Assembly (NCBI GenBank): GCA_043228905.1
Contig: JBHGNT010000015.1
Location: 17,546,001-17,610,000, forward strand
Source: Azolla caroliniana
Lineage: Eukaryota; Plantae; Polypodiophyta
Direction: 5' to 3'
Length of the DNA stretch: 64,000 bases
The notes beneath the pieces are model-generated. The model searched no databases, was not told where the DNA came from, and worked only from the letters and a program-made list of their open reading frames with translations. Both the position numbers and the translations under genes were made by a program. Shown piece after piece: positions 23,925-35,700 of the stretch. Numbering within the stretch: position 1 is the first letter of the stretch; the number at the start of each line of letters is the position of its first letter.

Positions 23925-23970
23925 AGTCCAACCAAACGGCTCCTATTTTGGCTGGACTCAATCGTTTAAC
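23925..23970 (-). promoter_or_regulatory. Putative -1 ribosomal frameshift signal (G_UUA_AAC + hairpin) at gag/pol junction
   Basis: Heptamer 23964-23970; stem AGTCCAGCCAAA/TTTGGTTGGACT 23925-23958; pol lies in the -1 frame; conserved at 39214-39258. Confidence 0.7.
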
Positions 23971-25115
23971 TCTTCATCTAATTGACAAAGGATTTCAAAT
24001 TTGTTTGAGATACTTGGGCTATTAGTACTATGAATACTATCTGACACTCTATTAGTACTATTAATACTATCAGACACTCCTAAGGGAAGAATTGACTCGG
24101 GTTTAGTACAGGCAACGATTTGATTTACCTGTCTTCTTGGCCTATGGGGACAATTGATGGCGATATGCCCTGGTCCACCGCAATAAAGGCATAATCGATT
24201 GGCACGTCGTCGTTGCTTTTCTTCTTCCGATAACGGGCCGCGTTGACGCATGGTGTCGATCTCCATAGGTGTCGGAATATTGGCTTGAGGTACATCACGT
24301 GCAAACGGTTTAGCCGTGACTTAGGCGTATGTGGGTTCCGGCCGAGAGCATGGTATTTGTAACTGACGCTCCGAACGTCGTTCGAAAAGGCGGTTGTCGC
24401 ATCGGACCGCTCGACTAATTGCCTCCGTAAGAGACTTTGGTTCTTCGGGGAAGGTTAAAAGCAGATCTTTGACATCATTGTGCAAGCCGTAGCGAAACTA
24501 CTCCATGAGGGCCTGATCATCCCAGGGAATATCTGAGGCGAGTAGACGGAAATTCGCCGCGTAGGCAGAGGCTGGACGATCGCCTTAACGCAATCTTCGG
24601 ATCTTGTTGATCGCCGTCCTAATGCTGTCGGTATCTCCAAAGCAGGCTTTAAACTCAGCAATAAAATCTTCAAAGCTATTAAGCAAGGGGGATTGTTTTT
24701 CTAGAAGCGGAGCGAACCATGCCAAGGCTGAGCCGCTAAGTAACGTGCCTATTAGGCCGACTCGAGATGCATCAGTGGGATATCGGGAAGGATGCACCTG
24801 GATGACTAAGCGTACCTGATTAAGGAATCCCCGGAATTGCGATCGCGTTCCATCAAATTTCACAGGAAGTCCAATCTTGGGCTCTTTATGAAATCCTTGG
24901 GGACTTGATCCTTGTTGTTGCAACGCTGCTTCGAGTTGTTGTACCCGTAATGCTAACTCCCCATGTTGTTGTTGCGTTTGTTGTTTTTCGAGAGCGATTT
25001 GTTGCAGATCCCCTATCAACCGTTGGTTTTCTTGTTCCAGGGCAACAAACTTTTCTTTTAGGCACTGTAACTCGGAGAAAACAGATTGATATTCTTGGGC
25101 ACTAACAGTAGCCAT
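23958..25115 (-). pseudogene. gag: Tcn1-like gag (premature stops)
   Basis: EPKIGLPVKFDGTRSQFRGFL, PMEID, CLYCGGPGHIAINC. Confidence 0.88.
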
Positions 25116-25163
25116 AGTATAGGGAAAAGGGTAGGCTGGAGGAAAGGAAAAATTGGTTCAAAC

Positions 25164-25591
25164 TGTCAGGAATGGTACTAAAGCAGGGATGGAATTAGTA
25201 CTAAGAAGAGGACGGGACTGCGTAAGATTCCCGAGAGAGGAAGTGAGAAGAGGAGAGAGAGAGAGAGATAGCGAGGATGAGAGAGAGAGAAAGATGATGA
25301 CAGTAGCTAATATATTATGTGAAAAGATAAGTACAAAGCGGCTGAGAGGCTTAAGACTGGCGTTGAACCAATTTGGTTCAACATAATTCCTAGTGCCTTC
25401 TTTTATAGTGTTGTTAGGAGTAATCCTGAAACTTCTAGAATGTTCCAGAGAAATCTGGAATATACATTACTTTCTTATAATAAAACATAAATGAAAATAA
25501 TATCTTATGAATTACAATAGATGGTGTGATGGTTAAGGGCTCGACCCATATACCATAAGGTCATGGGTTCGAGTCTTACCATCTCATGACA
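25164..25591 (-). repeat. 5' LTR of Tcn1-like copy 1
   Basis: TGTCATGAG...CCTGACA; homologous to 35306-35708 and 41205-41614; TATA on minus strand at 25407. Confidence 0.9.
25515..25586 (+). promoter_or_regulatory. tRNA-like Pol III type-2 promoter (A box + B box) inside LTR U3, antisense to the element
   Basis: A-box-like TGGTGTGATGG at 25522, AGGTC variable-loop-like segment, B box GGTTCGAGTC with T54 at 25568 (46 nt from T8). Confidence 0.6.
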
Positions 25592-27437
25592 GATAGAGCC
25601 TCAAGAGTTCAGGACAGATGCGACCAAGAGGGCCCTCAAATCGACAAATGAGAAGTTACGTCGATCGACTCGACACAAGAACATGGTGATCCAGTATGGA
25701 TACAATGAGTACATGGGCAATCACTATGTGTACATGTCAAAAGTGGCAGAAATCCGTGAGTTGGAAAGCTATGCGAAGGCATCACAGGATGCCAAGTGGC
25801 GATAGGCCATGGAGGAGGAAATGAGGGCACTTGATGCCGACAAGACATGGGTCTTGGTTGACCCTCCTTGACATTGCAAACTGATCGGATGCAAGTGGGT
25901 GTACAATATAAAGCACAACGCCGATAGTTCGGTTAACGCCTGATTAGTGGCCAAGGGATATGCATAGACCCACAACATTGACTACAACGAGACCTTCACA
26001 CCGGTGGTGGCGAAGATGACAACAATCCGTGTGGTGTTGGCGGTTCTCGCGGCAAGGGGGTGGCATCTCCACCAGATGGACATCAAGAATGCGTTTCTTC
26101 AAGGCAACCTTGAAATTTTTTTATTTATGGTCAATTCATGCAGAATCCAATAGTCAAGCACCTTCAATGTGCACATCAAATATTGTGATATGTGACCGAC
26201 ATGCAAGATCAAGGATTGTTGTACTGGAAAGGTATACCCAAACTGTTGGTTGGCTACACCAATGCCGACTAGGCCGAAGACGCCACGAATCGACGGTCGA
26301 CATCCGGTTTTATCTTCTCTCTTGGGAGCACGGTTGTAACGTGCAAAAGCAAAAAACAGTCGATACTGGCCTTGTCGAGCACCGAAGATGAGTACTGAGG
26401 AGCCTCCGTCACTACGTGCGAGGCAATATGGCTCAAATGGTTGTTGCAAGACTTATGGGTCGAAGTTCCCACTTTGATCCCGATCTACTGGGACAACATC
26501 AATAACATGCAAATGACAAAGAACCATGTGTTCCATGCTCGCACCAAGCACATAGAAGTACACTATCACTTTGTGCATGAGTTGGTCCTAAGCGATGAAG
26601 TCGAACTTCGGTATATTTGAACCGATTGGCCAACAAGGCGCTCGTACTGGACAAGTTACAACACTTTTCAAAGATGCTTGGGCTACAACATCTCGACATG
26701 CAATACTTGAGGGGGAGAACACCTGGAACAAGTAGGACAACTGGAGAGAAGAACAAAGGTAAAGAACCAGAGAAAGAGCCAGAAGATGACAAGAGGAGGG
26801 CTGAAAAAGAAGCTGAATCAATTGAAGAACTCGATACGTCTAAAAGAGCTAGAGCAGGCGGTAGAGTCAAGAAGGACAGAACCGACTAAAAGAAACAGGC
26901 CAGGACCAGGACATGGTCGGATGTGGTCAAGGGCCTGAAGGAGGACGAAATGGAGATGACCAATTCAGAAAAGAGTAGGAACTAATCGGAGACAGTTGAT
27001 TCGGTCATATGGTTTTGTGAACAATTAGGTAATTAACTACGGGTTAATTAGTATCTAATTATGTGAGTAGTTAATCACGTATGTGATTGAGCAACGAAAG
27101 ATTACGTGATTGTGTATGTGTATGTGTGTGAGAGGAAGAGAGGGAGGAAGTGTAGCTCATGGGGGATGATTAACAAGTGTAGCTCATGGAACTCTTACTT
27201 ATATTAAAAAGACATCATCAAATACAAAAATACCCACAATGAGGTACATATATATAGATCTTATGTGCAAGGGTGGACATGTGTGAGGAGAATATAGGTA
27301 CAAAGGTGTAAGTCCTATATTAAATGTACTTGGGAGTGGAGGATCTGGAATGTATCCCACTTAAGTACAAGGTTCTATTTAAGGCTTTAAGCTCAACACA
27401 CTAACTAGATTCTATCTAGGTAACTACTAAGTTACGT

Positions 27438-28160
27438 TGTCGTAGTTTATTTCGTACACTACGTGAAAAAGTAAAAATAATATAACCGATTTAATTACAT
27501 ATAAATAAATAAAATAAGAATATCAAAATATTTATCACGTGCATAGGGCAAGATTTGAACCTTGTAACTTCACATAGCCAAACCTCAACTTTACCATTAT
27601 GCTACCTTATCTTTAGTGTTTTATAAATAGATTTAATAAGTATAAGTCTTTTATTTGCGCCTACCTTTATTAAAAGGTAAATCATGCATTTTTAGAGTGC
27701 GTGAATATTTTATAGAAAAACGCAAGCAACTAAAAAGTGACTCATGCACATCTAGCGTGCATGAGCACTATATTTAGCAAATAAAAGCAAGGATTAGAAA
27801 AGCATCACATGCACATTTAGTGTGCATGAACATATTAGAAAAAAAAGCATGTAGCTATGCTTAGTCTCTCCCATCACTATATAAGGATGGGGAGCACATT
27901 GTAGTTTGTTGATTATTTTTCTATAATGATCAATCAATCTAAAATATTCGTGGGATTCACGAATTTGCTAAAATAATTCTCTCTTACTACCTAAATATTG
28001 GCTAAATATACTAAACTCGTGGGATTCACAAGATTCTTATCTTATAACTCTTTATACCTATTCTTTACTAGCCTTATTTGTATTTTTCTTCCTCCTAGTC
28101 CAAAACCTCAGTGGTTCCCACCCGACTCACGCAAACGATCCGGAGCCGAAAGGCACGACA
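27438..28160 (+). repeat. Solo LTR (4-bp TSD family) inserted in Copia B 3' LTR
   Basis: TGTCGTAG...GGCACGACA; TSD ACGT (27434-27437, 28161-28164); empty site visible in the sister LTR at ~52775. Confidence 0.88.
27541..27610 (-). promoter_or_regulatory. tRNA-like A/B box module in solo LTR U3, antisense
   Basis: Minus strand TAGCATAATGGT ... GGTTCAAATC, T8-T54 distance 45 nt. Confidence 0.55.
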
Positions 28161-28828
28161 ACGTCGTTGACTAAATGGCTAAACTTAGTTGAGCTTGATA
28201 TCTCAACATGCCCCCTCAAGCTCAATTATGAGGCGTCCGACATCCGGTTCTGCTTTAGGTGTTGTCCGACTATTTGGCGTCGGTTTTTGTGCAGCTTTCA
28301 GCGTCGGCATTTCCGTGGCAGTTTGGGTTCCTCCCCCTCAAGCTTGTGACGAAGGCTTGTAATGTTAAATGGTTGAAGGCCAAGTGCTTGCATCTCGTCA
28401 TCCATAGTTTCCATCCTTCGGTGGTCATGAGCCGCTTTTGTAAAGCTTTCGGGCTCTGGTTCGGTGGCCCCCTTCATCACAAAGGCATAGTGATGGACCA
28501 TATACTCGTTGTAGTCGAACCGAGTGACCAAGTTCTTCTCTCTAAATGAACATCGAAGTTTTTCGTTTGCCAACGTGAGCGCCTTCTTTACTCCAAGTGT
28601 CCACATAATGGGTACACCAAATTCACTATCTAGTGAGCGAGCCGACACATTCGAATCACTTTCGTCGAGGTGGTCAACTTCATATTCACGCATCTTACCT
28701 TTCCCTTCATATTCACTCCAATCTGGCCCATAGCCAAGACGTGCTTGGAATTCTTGAAGGTTCATGTGGTCCACTTAGATCGGTAGATCTTGGATTGTCC
28801 ATTGGTAAAGGACTTTCCCAAATATCGT

Positions 28829-29939
28829 TGTCGTGAAGATCCGACACTATGTGCGGATCGTGAGGCGAATCCGCCGGGGTTCTGGACCGGAAGGACTCGA
28901 AGCACGCACTAGCTTTAGCGAGAAATGATTTAAGATGGATTGAGGGAGAGAGATTGAGATAAGACTAATATGGCGAGAGATAGAGAGTGAGAGAGATAAG
29001 ATCGAACTTTTAACTTTAGATTTGAGAGACAAGATATATAATCAAATGGAGAACGGATTTTTCTTCTTCTTAAATTCTTGAAAAAAAACATAACATAATT
29101 TTGATCTTTTTCATCCATCCTTTTATAGATACTCCCATGCATATGATGCATGCGGGTACAAGACATGCATGGAATGCATGTGATGCATGTGATGCATGTT
29201 TGCCATTTGGCGCTCATGCATCACATGTCACTCAATCAAGCTCTAATATGAGAATTTACATGTAAAAGTATAATGATAGGAAAAACATTTCTAAGGCAAA
29301 GTCATAGCCTAGTGGTAAGTCTATAGACTCTCAATGTGGAGGTATAAGGATCAAGTTTTCTCTTTCACTCTATTTTTGAATATACACGCACACACGCACA
29401 CACATATATATATGTTTTTTATTATTTATGTATTTTTACAAGGCATTCCTTCGTCCTGTCGTTGTCTTGTCGGCTCCATTGGTCGCGGTCGCCGGGTGAT
29501 GTCAGATGCCAAATCCCGTCGGTCGCCGTCGTCGTCAGATTCGTCCAAAACACATAGTTATATGCATTTGGCTACATCCATTCGTTAAGTCATACAACTT
29601 AACCTTCCTATGCTCCACACATAAACACAAAGATAATAGCTTTTGTTCTATCTTATATATGGTGGGTTCCTTATTTGTCCGTTCTATGTGGGATATCACA
29701 TATTTTTCTCTTCTTCTTTGCAAATTTCGTACCCACATAACTTGACACTTAGATGTCCGTTTCCTACATAGTAAAGCACATTCAGAAGCTCTTCAAGACC
29801 TCCATCTTTTTGTACCAAGATATTAAACTTATTTAAAATAGTATCTTTACTATTATTTTTTATATTTCGTGAGAGGAACCACGCTCGATTTCATATGTTT
29901 CTTACAAGTTTCACACTATCGCTAAAAATCTTCACGACA
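28829..29939 (-). repeat. 3' LTR
   Basis: Direct repeat of 42063-43172. Confidence 0.95.
29298..29370 (+). promoter_or_regulatory. Degenerate tRNA-like A/B box module in LTR U3, antisense (second copy 42532-42604)
   Basis: TAGCCTAGTGGT at 29305; GGATCAAGTT (degenerate B box) with the T54-equivalent 45 nt downstream. Confidence 0.45.
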
Positions 29940-30011
29940 TCCACCCCCACCAAACTACACGTCCTCCGGTATGTGCCAAGAAAAGAGAGTGCAAGATTTC
30001 AGTGACAGTAA

Positions 30012-33000
30012 TCAATCAAATTCTTCCACGTCTTCATTCGTATCCGTCGTAGTATCTTCATCGTCGAGGTCATCGAGGTTAGGATCCTTGTCTTGTCTTT
30101 TCTTGAAAATCTTTACTCTTTTCCCCGCAATGGGTATGGCCAGCCTTGATTCATCTAACTCCGCAAGGTGGTATGTTGCATTGTCGTTGGCACTTATCAC
30201 TATATATGGTCTGAACCATCTTCTTGCGAACTTCCTTGTTGTACTGTGTTGATTGTCAAGGCTGTTGTCGTAGACCAATACCCAATCTCCTTCTTCGATC
30301 TTCTTGGGACATAGTCGATGCGTCTTGTCGAACCAAATTTTGTTCTTCACTCGGGCTGCCTCCAACATTTTTCGCGCTTTTTCTAGATCTTCAGGTCTCC
30401 TTTCAAGTTGCCTTATCCGTGCTGCTAATAACTCTTCTTGGCTCATCTCGTTCTCCCATGGTATCGCTACCCATGAGGCGATCGTCCTTTCGATGGGCAT
30501 TACCGGCTTTTGTCCATACATAAGCTCTGTTGGCATATACCACGTCACTGAGTTGTGTGTTGTTCTGTCGGCCCACAAGGCATAGGGTAATAGTCGTGGC
30601 CAATTCCCTACTCGACTGTTGCATGCTCGTACGATGGCTTTGACGATAGGTCCATGCCCTCACTCGATCTTCCCATTCGCTTCTGGATTATAGGCAGTCG
30701 TGAGGGAGAGCTTCACACCCAGTCGTTCGAAGAGCTCCATTGCTTCGTGTGCATCCAACTCCCCTCGGTCGGCAACTATCTTTCCCACACATCCGTATCG
30801 ACAAACAACCTCTTCAAGTAGAAATTTGCAAATAGCCGACGTTGTTTTATTTGTCAAGGTCCGTTCTTCCACTTGATTTGTCAAGTCTTCTCTTTCCAGA
30901 GCTAAGAACTTCATTTGTCTCACTCCCATTGGCATTGAGACCAGATCCACCATCCATTTGAAGTGTATGGTGAGTGGGTATGTCGGTCGTAGCTCATCAT
31001 GATGACGGATATTCGAATGTACTTGGCATGTTTCGCATCTGGTCACGAAATGGAGTACATCTTTGTACATGCTTGGCCACCAGTACTTCTCCTTCAACTT
31101 CTCGAACGTCACCCATGTTCCTCTATGACCTGTCCAAGCACTCTCGTGGAATTCAGTCATTAGCATCACTTGCTCTTCTTTCTTCACCACCACTCGACGT
31201 GGTATTCCTGTCCTTCTTTTTGGGTGTCACTAAAGGAATCCTCCCTTCAAGAAGTATTGGTAGGCTTTCTTCCGGATTCGTAGGGCCTCCTCCTTCGTCA
31301 ACGAAGCATCCGTTGTCATCGTTCTTAGGAATCTGTCGATTAGTAACCACTCCCCTTTGTACTCGTCCTCGTTGAAGGCATGAGGGTTAGCATGCCCTTG
31401 TCTTCCGCCGATAGTGGAGCCATCTTAAAGAAGTCGAGGGTGACGTCTTCAACTTCCGAAACCATGTCACCTTCATTCTCAAATCTTGCCCTCGACAGCA
31501 TGTCAGCCATGGCGTTCTTCTTCCCTGCAATATGGCAGATCTCTGGGTTTAAAGACTTGATATAGGCGATCCACCTTAGCATAGCTAGATCTGGTGTCGC
31601 ACATCTTGAGATCATTCCGAGGATTGGGAGACAATCTGTCTCAATTATTACTTTCAATCTGATTAGGTAGTCTTTGTCTGTCTTCACTGCCGACACAATA
31701 CCCCAAAGTTCTCGCTTGACTTGGGCGTATCTTTGTTGTCGTTCGCTAAGAACCTTTGCTCCGAACTGGATGGATTACCGCACATTATCTTCTCCTTCTT
31801 GGTTGATGACCCACTCGATTCCGGTTGGGCTCGTATCGACAGTCACATAAATCAGCTTTTCTTCGGTATAGTCGGCTTTTCTTAGTGTTGGAGCTTCAAG
31901 AAGTAGTTTCTTCAATCTTCGCATCGTGTTCGTGTGCTCATCTCACCATTCGAACTTCATTCTTTTCTTTAACAACCCATATAAAGGCTCGGCGACATGA
32001 GCGTAGTGAGGAATCCAAATATAGTAAAATGTGCATGATCCAAGGAACCTTCGAACCTCCGTTTGGTTTATGCATTCTTCTTTCATGTCCTGGATCGTGT
32101 TCACCTTTGATGGCGAAGGCTTCCGGCTGTATGCTCCACATAAGTGACCTACCACCAAGATCTCTGGTTGCCCGAATGCGGATTTCTCTCCCGAAAATGT
32201 CAAATTCGCATCTTCAAGCCTTTGAAGCACCTTCTCGCAATCTTTCATATGATCTGCGACGAACTTTCTACACCCTTCCTTATCTTTAGATTCATCTTTC
32301 TCCTCATCCGAACATCCTTTTATCTGAATATCATCCAAGAATGGCATCGTGATGTCCGGGATGCAATCCTTCAAGACCTTGTTCATGGCATTCACTATAT
32401 GTGCCACCGAGTTCATTGCACCTTGAGGTAAGGTACACATCTGCACGAGCCCGATCGGAGTCCTCATGGTTGTAATGTCACGACTGTCGATCGTCAATTG
32501 GAATTGGTCGTATCCAAAGTAGAGATCGCCAATGGAGTAGATGGACCGCTCCGCAAACGCTACGGCAAATTCATCCACGCTCGGACCGATTCTAGCATTC
32601 CGAATTGTCACCTTATTGACGGGTTGAAAATCTTGGATGAATCGCAATGATCCATTCTTCTTCGGCACCGTGAACCACCTATTAGAGTCAGGAGCATTCG
32701 ACGGTTCTAGAATACCCATATTCACTTTCTCCTTTAAGAGCTCGATCAACTTCGAAAGGTGTGCTCTTGGAACTAGTATCGGTTTCAAATTCCAAGGCAC
32801 ATGCGGCACCGTGAAGATCACCATCGGCTCTATAATCTTTGGGTTGGCACATCCGATTTCGTGGGGAGAGAATGCAAAGGCTTTCCCATGCCTTTCAAGC
32901 ATTTCACGAAACTTTCGCTCCTCTTCAGGGAGGAGGAAATCCTCCTTTCCAACTCGTAGCTTTCCCTTCGTCTCTTCGGTGAAGACATGACCTATTGCCT

Positions 33001-33421
33001 TCGGATCCCTTAAGCTTGGATCATTCGTGACTTCCTTCATCTTTTGCCAGCTATCTTCCGGTAGCGGAACCACAACTGGCTTGATCTTCTTATCCACCTT
33101 TTTATATTTTGTGTTGACTTCAGCTTCCTCCATCAAGATGCCACAATAGTATTCATCGATGATAGCGTACATGTTGACGGAGTTAACCGAAATCACACGT
33201 TGGTCGTGAAGATAGCTCAAGTCCACGACGTCCTCGATTTCGCCGATGGTGTCGTTAAATGAGGCTTCTTCCATAATATGAGTCATGAACTCTTCTTCTT
33301 CTATTATGTTTTCTTCTTTCAGCATCTTCTCGAAATCTTGTATCCGACGCTTGTCCTTCTTGTCGGGTAGTACTAGTTTACATGCACCACTAGGTGTGAC
33401 ACATGTTGCTTCTCCTCGCAA
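30012..33421 (-). pseudogene. pol: Gypsy pol RT-RH-INT (frameshifted)
   Basis: PHVPWNLKP, NRWFTVPKKNG, PFLDD, IETDCLP, HRG...CETCQ, TTAYNPEANGKIE, KFARRWFRPY. Confidence 0.92.
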
Positions 33422-35394
33422 TCCACGTGCTCTATTTTCTTGTGGGGACTTGTGATTGCTCGGACTATTTGTCCCCCATGCTTCAATAGTCAGCTCTAAA
33501 AATCCTAGGATTCGCCTCCAAGACTATCACGATTCCTTTCATGATTGGCTCGCACCGTTAGGAATTGGACCGATCTTTGGTTGTCAAGACTCTTTATTCG
33601 TGCGAAGGCTGCTCCATTGTCGAACACTTTGGTTTCCATCCGAGATGATGTGATATACGGTTGTCCTAAGATGACAGGATGCGACGCCGATTCTTGCACG
33701 AAGAAGTGTTGATCCATCTCCACATCCCCGATCGTGACTTTAACATTGGGACAAGCTCCGTACAAGTCCTCCGTAGTCTTTGTTGCCACGCGAATCTTCC
33801 ATCGTTGATTTGTATTGATTGGCCATCTTCTTTTTTTGTAGAAGTCGGTTGACATGAGGTTGATCTCCGAATCGTGGTCGATCAAGGCTACCACGGTCTC
33901 TTTCTTCTCCCCGATCTTCACCGGTGTCTCCGTTGTCGCTCATGCCCAATGAGGTCGAGTATAGTGGCTATCGACCATTTTTTCATCAACTTCGTCTCTT
34001 TCCATCGTTATGGTATTTTCTTTCACTTTTAGTGACTTCTCTTCTTCTTCATCTGATTGTTGCCTTTTTCGCTTTACAAGGTCCACAATCGTGTCGTGGA
34101 ACTCCTTCATAATGCCGAGTAATTCCCTCAAGGACAAAGTCACGTGGTTGTCAAGAACGCGTTCCTCGACAATCTTCTTCAGGTCTTTTGTCTGCTCTAT
34201 GTCCAACCTTAGCTTATAGGTAGGCATAGTCCTTGTCTTTCGAGCAGGGTCTTTGACACCAATCTTCACGGCCGAACCGTTTCTTCGACTCGTTTGCTCG
34301 ACTCCGCTTTTTGGCTTGCGTCTCCTTCCTCCATTTGCAAGGGTCGACTCGTCTCTGCATCTTCTTTCTTTTTCGTGTTCCTTGTTTCATGTCTCTTTGA
34401 TGGGCCTTGCTCTTCTATTCTTTTTGTCTTTTCTTCGACGAACACCTCGTGGTTGTTGCATATCACTTCCACGAGTATGGTGTTGTCATCCACCGGATCC
34501 GACCACCCGGTTATGCTTTGCACGCTTCGGTCCGCAAGCTCTACCTCGTTCGATGTGACCTTCCCCATCTTCTCATACTCGAGAACGAAAGAACAAAACT
34601 TGCCTCCCACTTTCGTAGCTTCATTTCTCTCTTTCCCGACTCTTATTCCGGTCGTTGCAGAATAGTGCATCGCATCCAGATGAGTCGCCTCAACATCTCC
34701 CATAGATTTCTTCATTCCTCCTCTTCCGAAATTTACCCACAGGGGTCTTCGAGTTTCAGTCGAGTAGATCATGTTGTCGTCTATGTATACGATATTTTGT
34801 CGGATCGCCTCTCGAAGGATCGCGCAATCCCTTCTCATGTGGTCCATGCTATCGCACCACACGCATCTAAAGGGTTCTTTCCCTTTGGGGCCCCGATGAT
34901 TCGTGTTGGCTAGTGTGACCATCTCGAACTTCTTTGCCAGTTCTTCGATGATGTCATCACCAATCTTCTTTTCTTCCACGTTACTTTGGTTTGGCGGTTC
35001 AGCTACTTTCGGCGGTCTTGCTTTCTCCGTGACAATCGATCCCGTCAAGTCGGTGTCATCAACCCATTGGCGATGCTTGTCGAGCCTATTACACGCCCAC
35101 TTCACCGCGATCCAGTCCGCTACAAGCCCATTTGCTTGGGTATCGTCTTCAAGAAGAGTCCCCAATTCTCGTCTATCCTTCATGTCTACAGCTTTCAAGA
35201 AGTACAAAGTCTTGTCCTCTTCAAGCAGCACTTGGTCCGTGTTGGGGAGACGACGAAACATTTGGTCGAATTCGTCGTACACCCTCGAAGCGCTCATCTT
35301 CTTATTTTCAAGAACAGTACTAAAGTAGAGAGAGAATTAGTACTAAAGAAGAGAAGCACTATTAGTACTAAGAGGACGGGACTATGTAAGATTC

Positions 35395-35434
<40 letters not shown>

Positions 35435-35700
35435 GATGATAACAGCTATATATTATGTGAAGGATAAGTACAAAGTGGCTAAGAGGCTTAAGACTGGCGT
35501 TGAACCAATTTGGTTCAACATAATGCCTAGTGCCTTCTTTTATAGTGTTCTCAGGAGTAATCCTTAAGCTTCTAGAATGTTCTAGAGAAATCTGGAATAA
35601 AGGATAAATGAAAATAATATCCTATGAATTACAATAGATGGTGTGATGGTTAAGAGCTCGACCCATATACCATAAGGTCATGGGTTCAAGTCTTGCCATA

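Larger units (their letters stand above)
18004..23961 (-). pseudogene. pol: Tcn1-like pol (PR-RT-RH-INT), disrupted, interrupted by 20156-22584
   Basis: ORF pieces 23377..23961, 22982..23536, 22730..22966, 18835..20155 and 18004..18822 with Gypsy motifs. Confidence 0.9.
18004..25591 (-). mobile_element. Tcn1-like chromovirus copy 1 (chromodomain and 3' LTR deleted)
   Basis: 5' LTR 25164-25591; gag 25115-23958 (zinc knuckle CLYCGGPGHIAINC); protease LLDSGAN; RT YLDD; RNase H; integrase. Collinear with copy 2 at 35306-41614; inserted into Copia A. Confidence 0.9.

Noticed and set aside
27150-27195. TAGCTCATGG A-box-like repeats in the Copia B LTR
   Set aside because: No B box at an appropriate distance.
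25515-29370. Functional tRNA genes at the A/B-box sites
   Set aside because: Acceptor, anticodon and T stems do not pair fully and no credible anticodon loop is present; reported only as tRNA-like modules.
33430-33510. G_GAU_UUU -1 frameshift plus GGGGAC/GTCCCC stem between protease and RT of the Phygy-like element
   Set aside because: In this copy the -1 frame has stops and the RT ORF is in frame 0 relative to gag; decay prevents a supported call without a family consensus.
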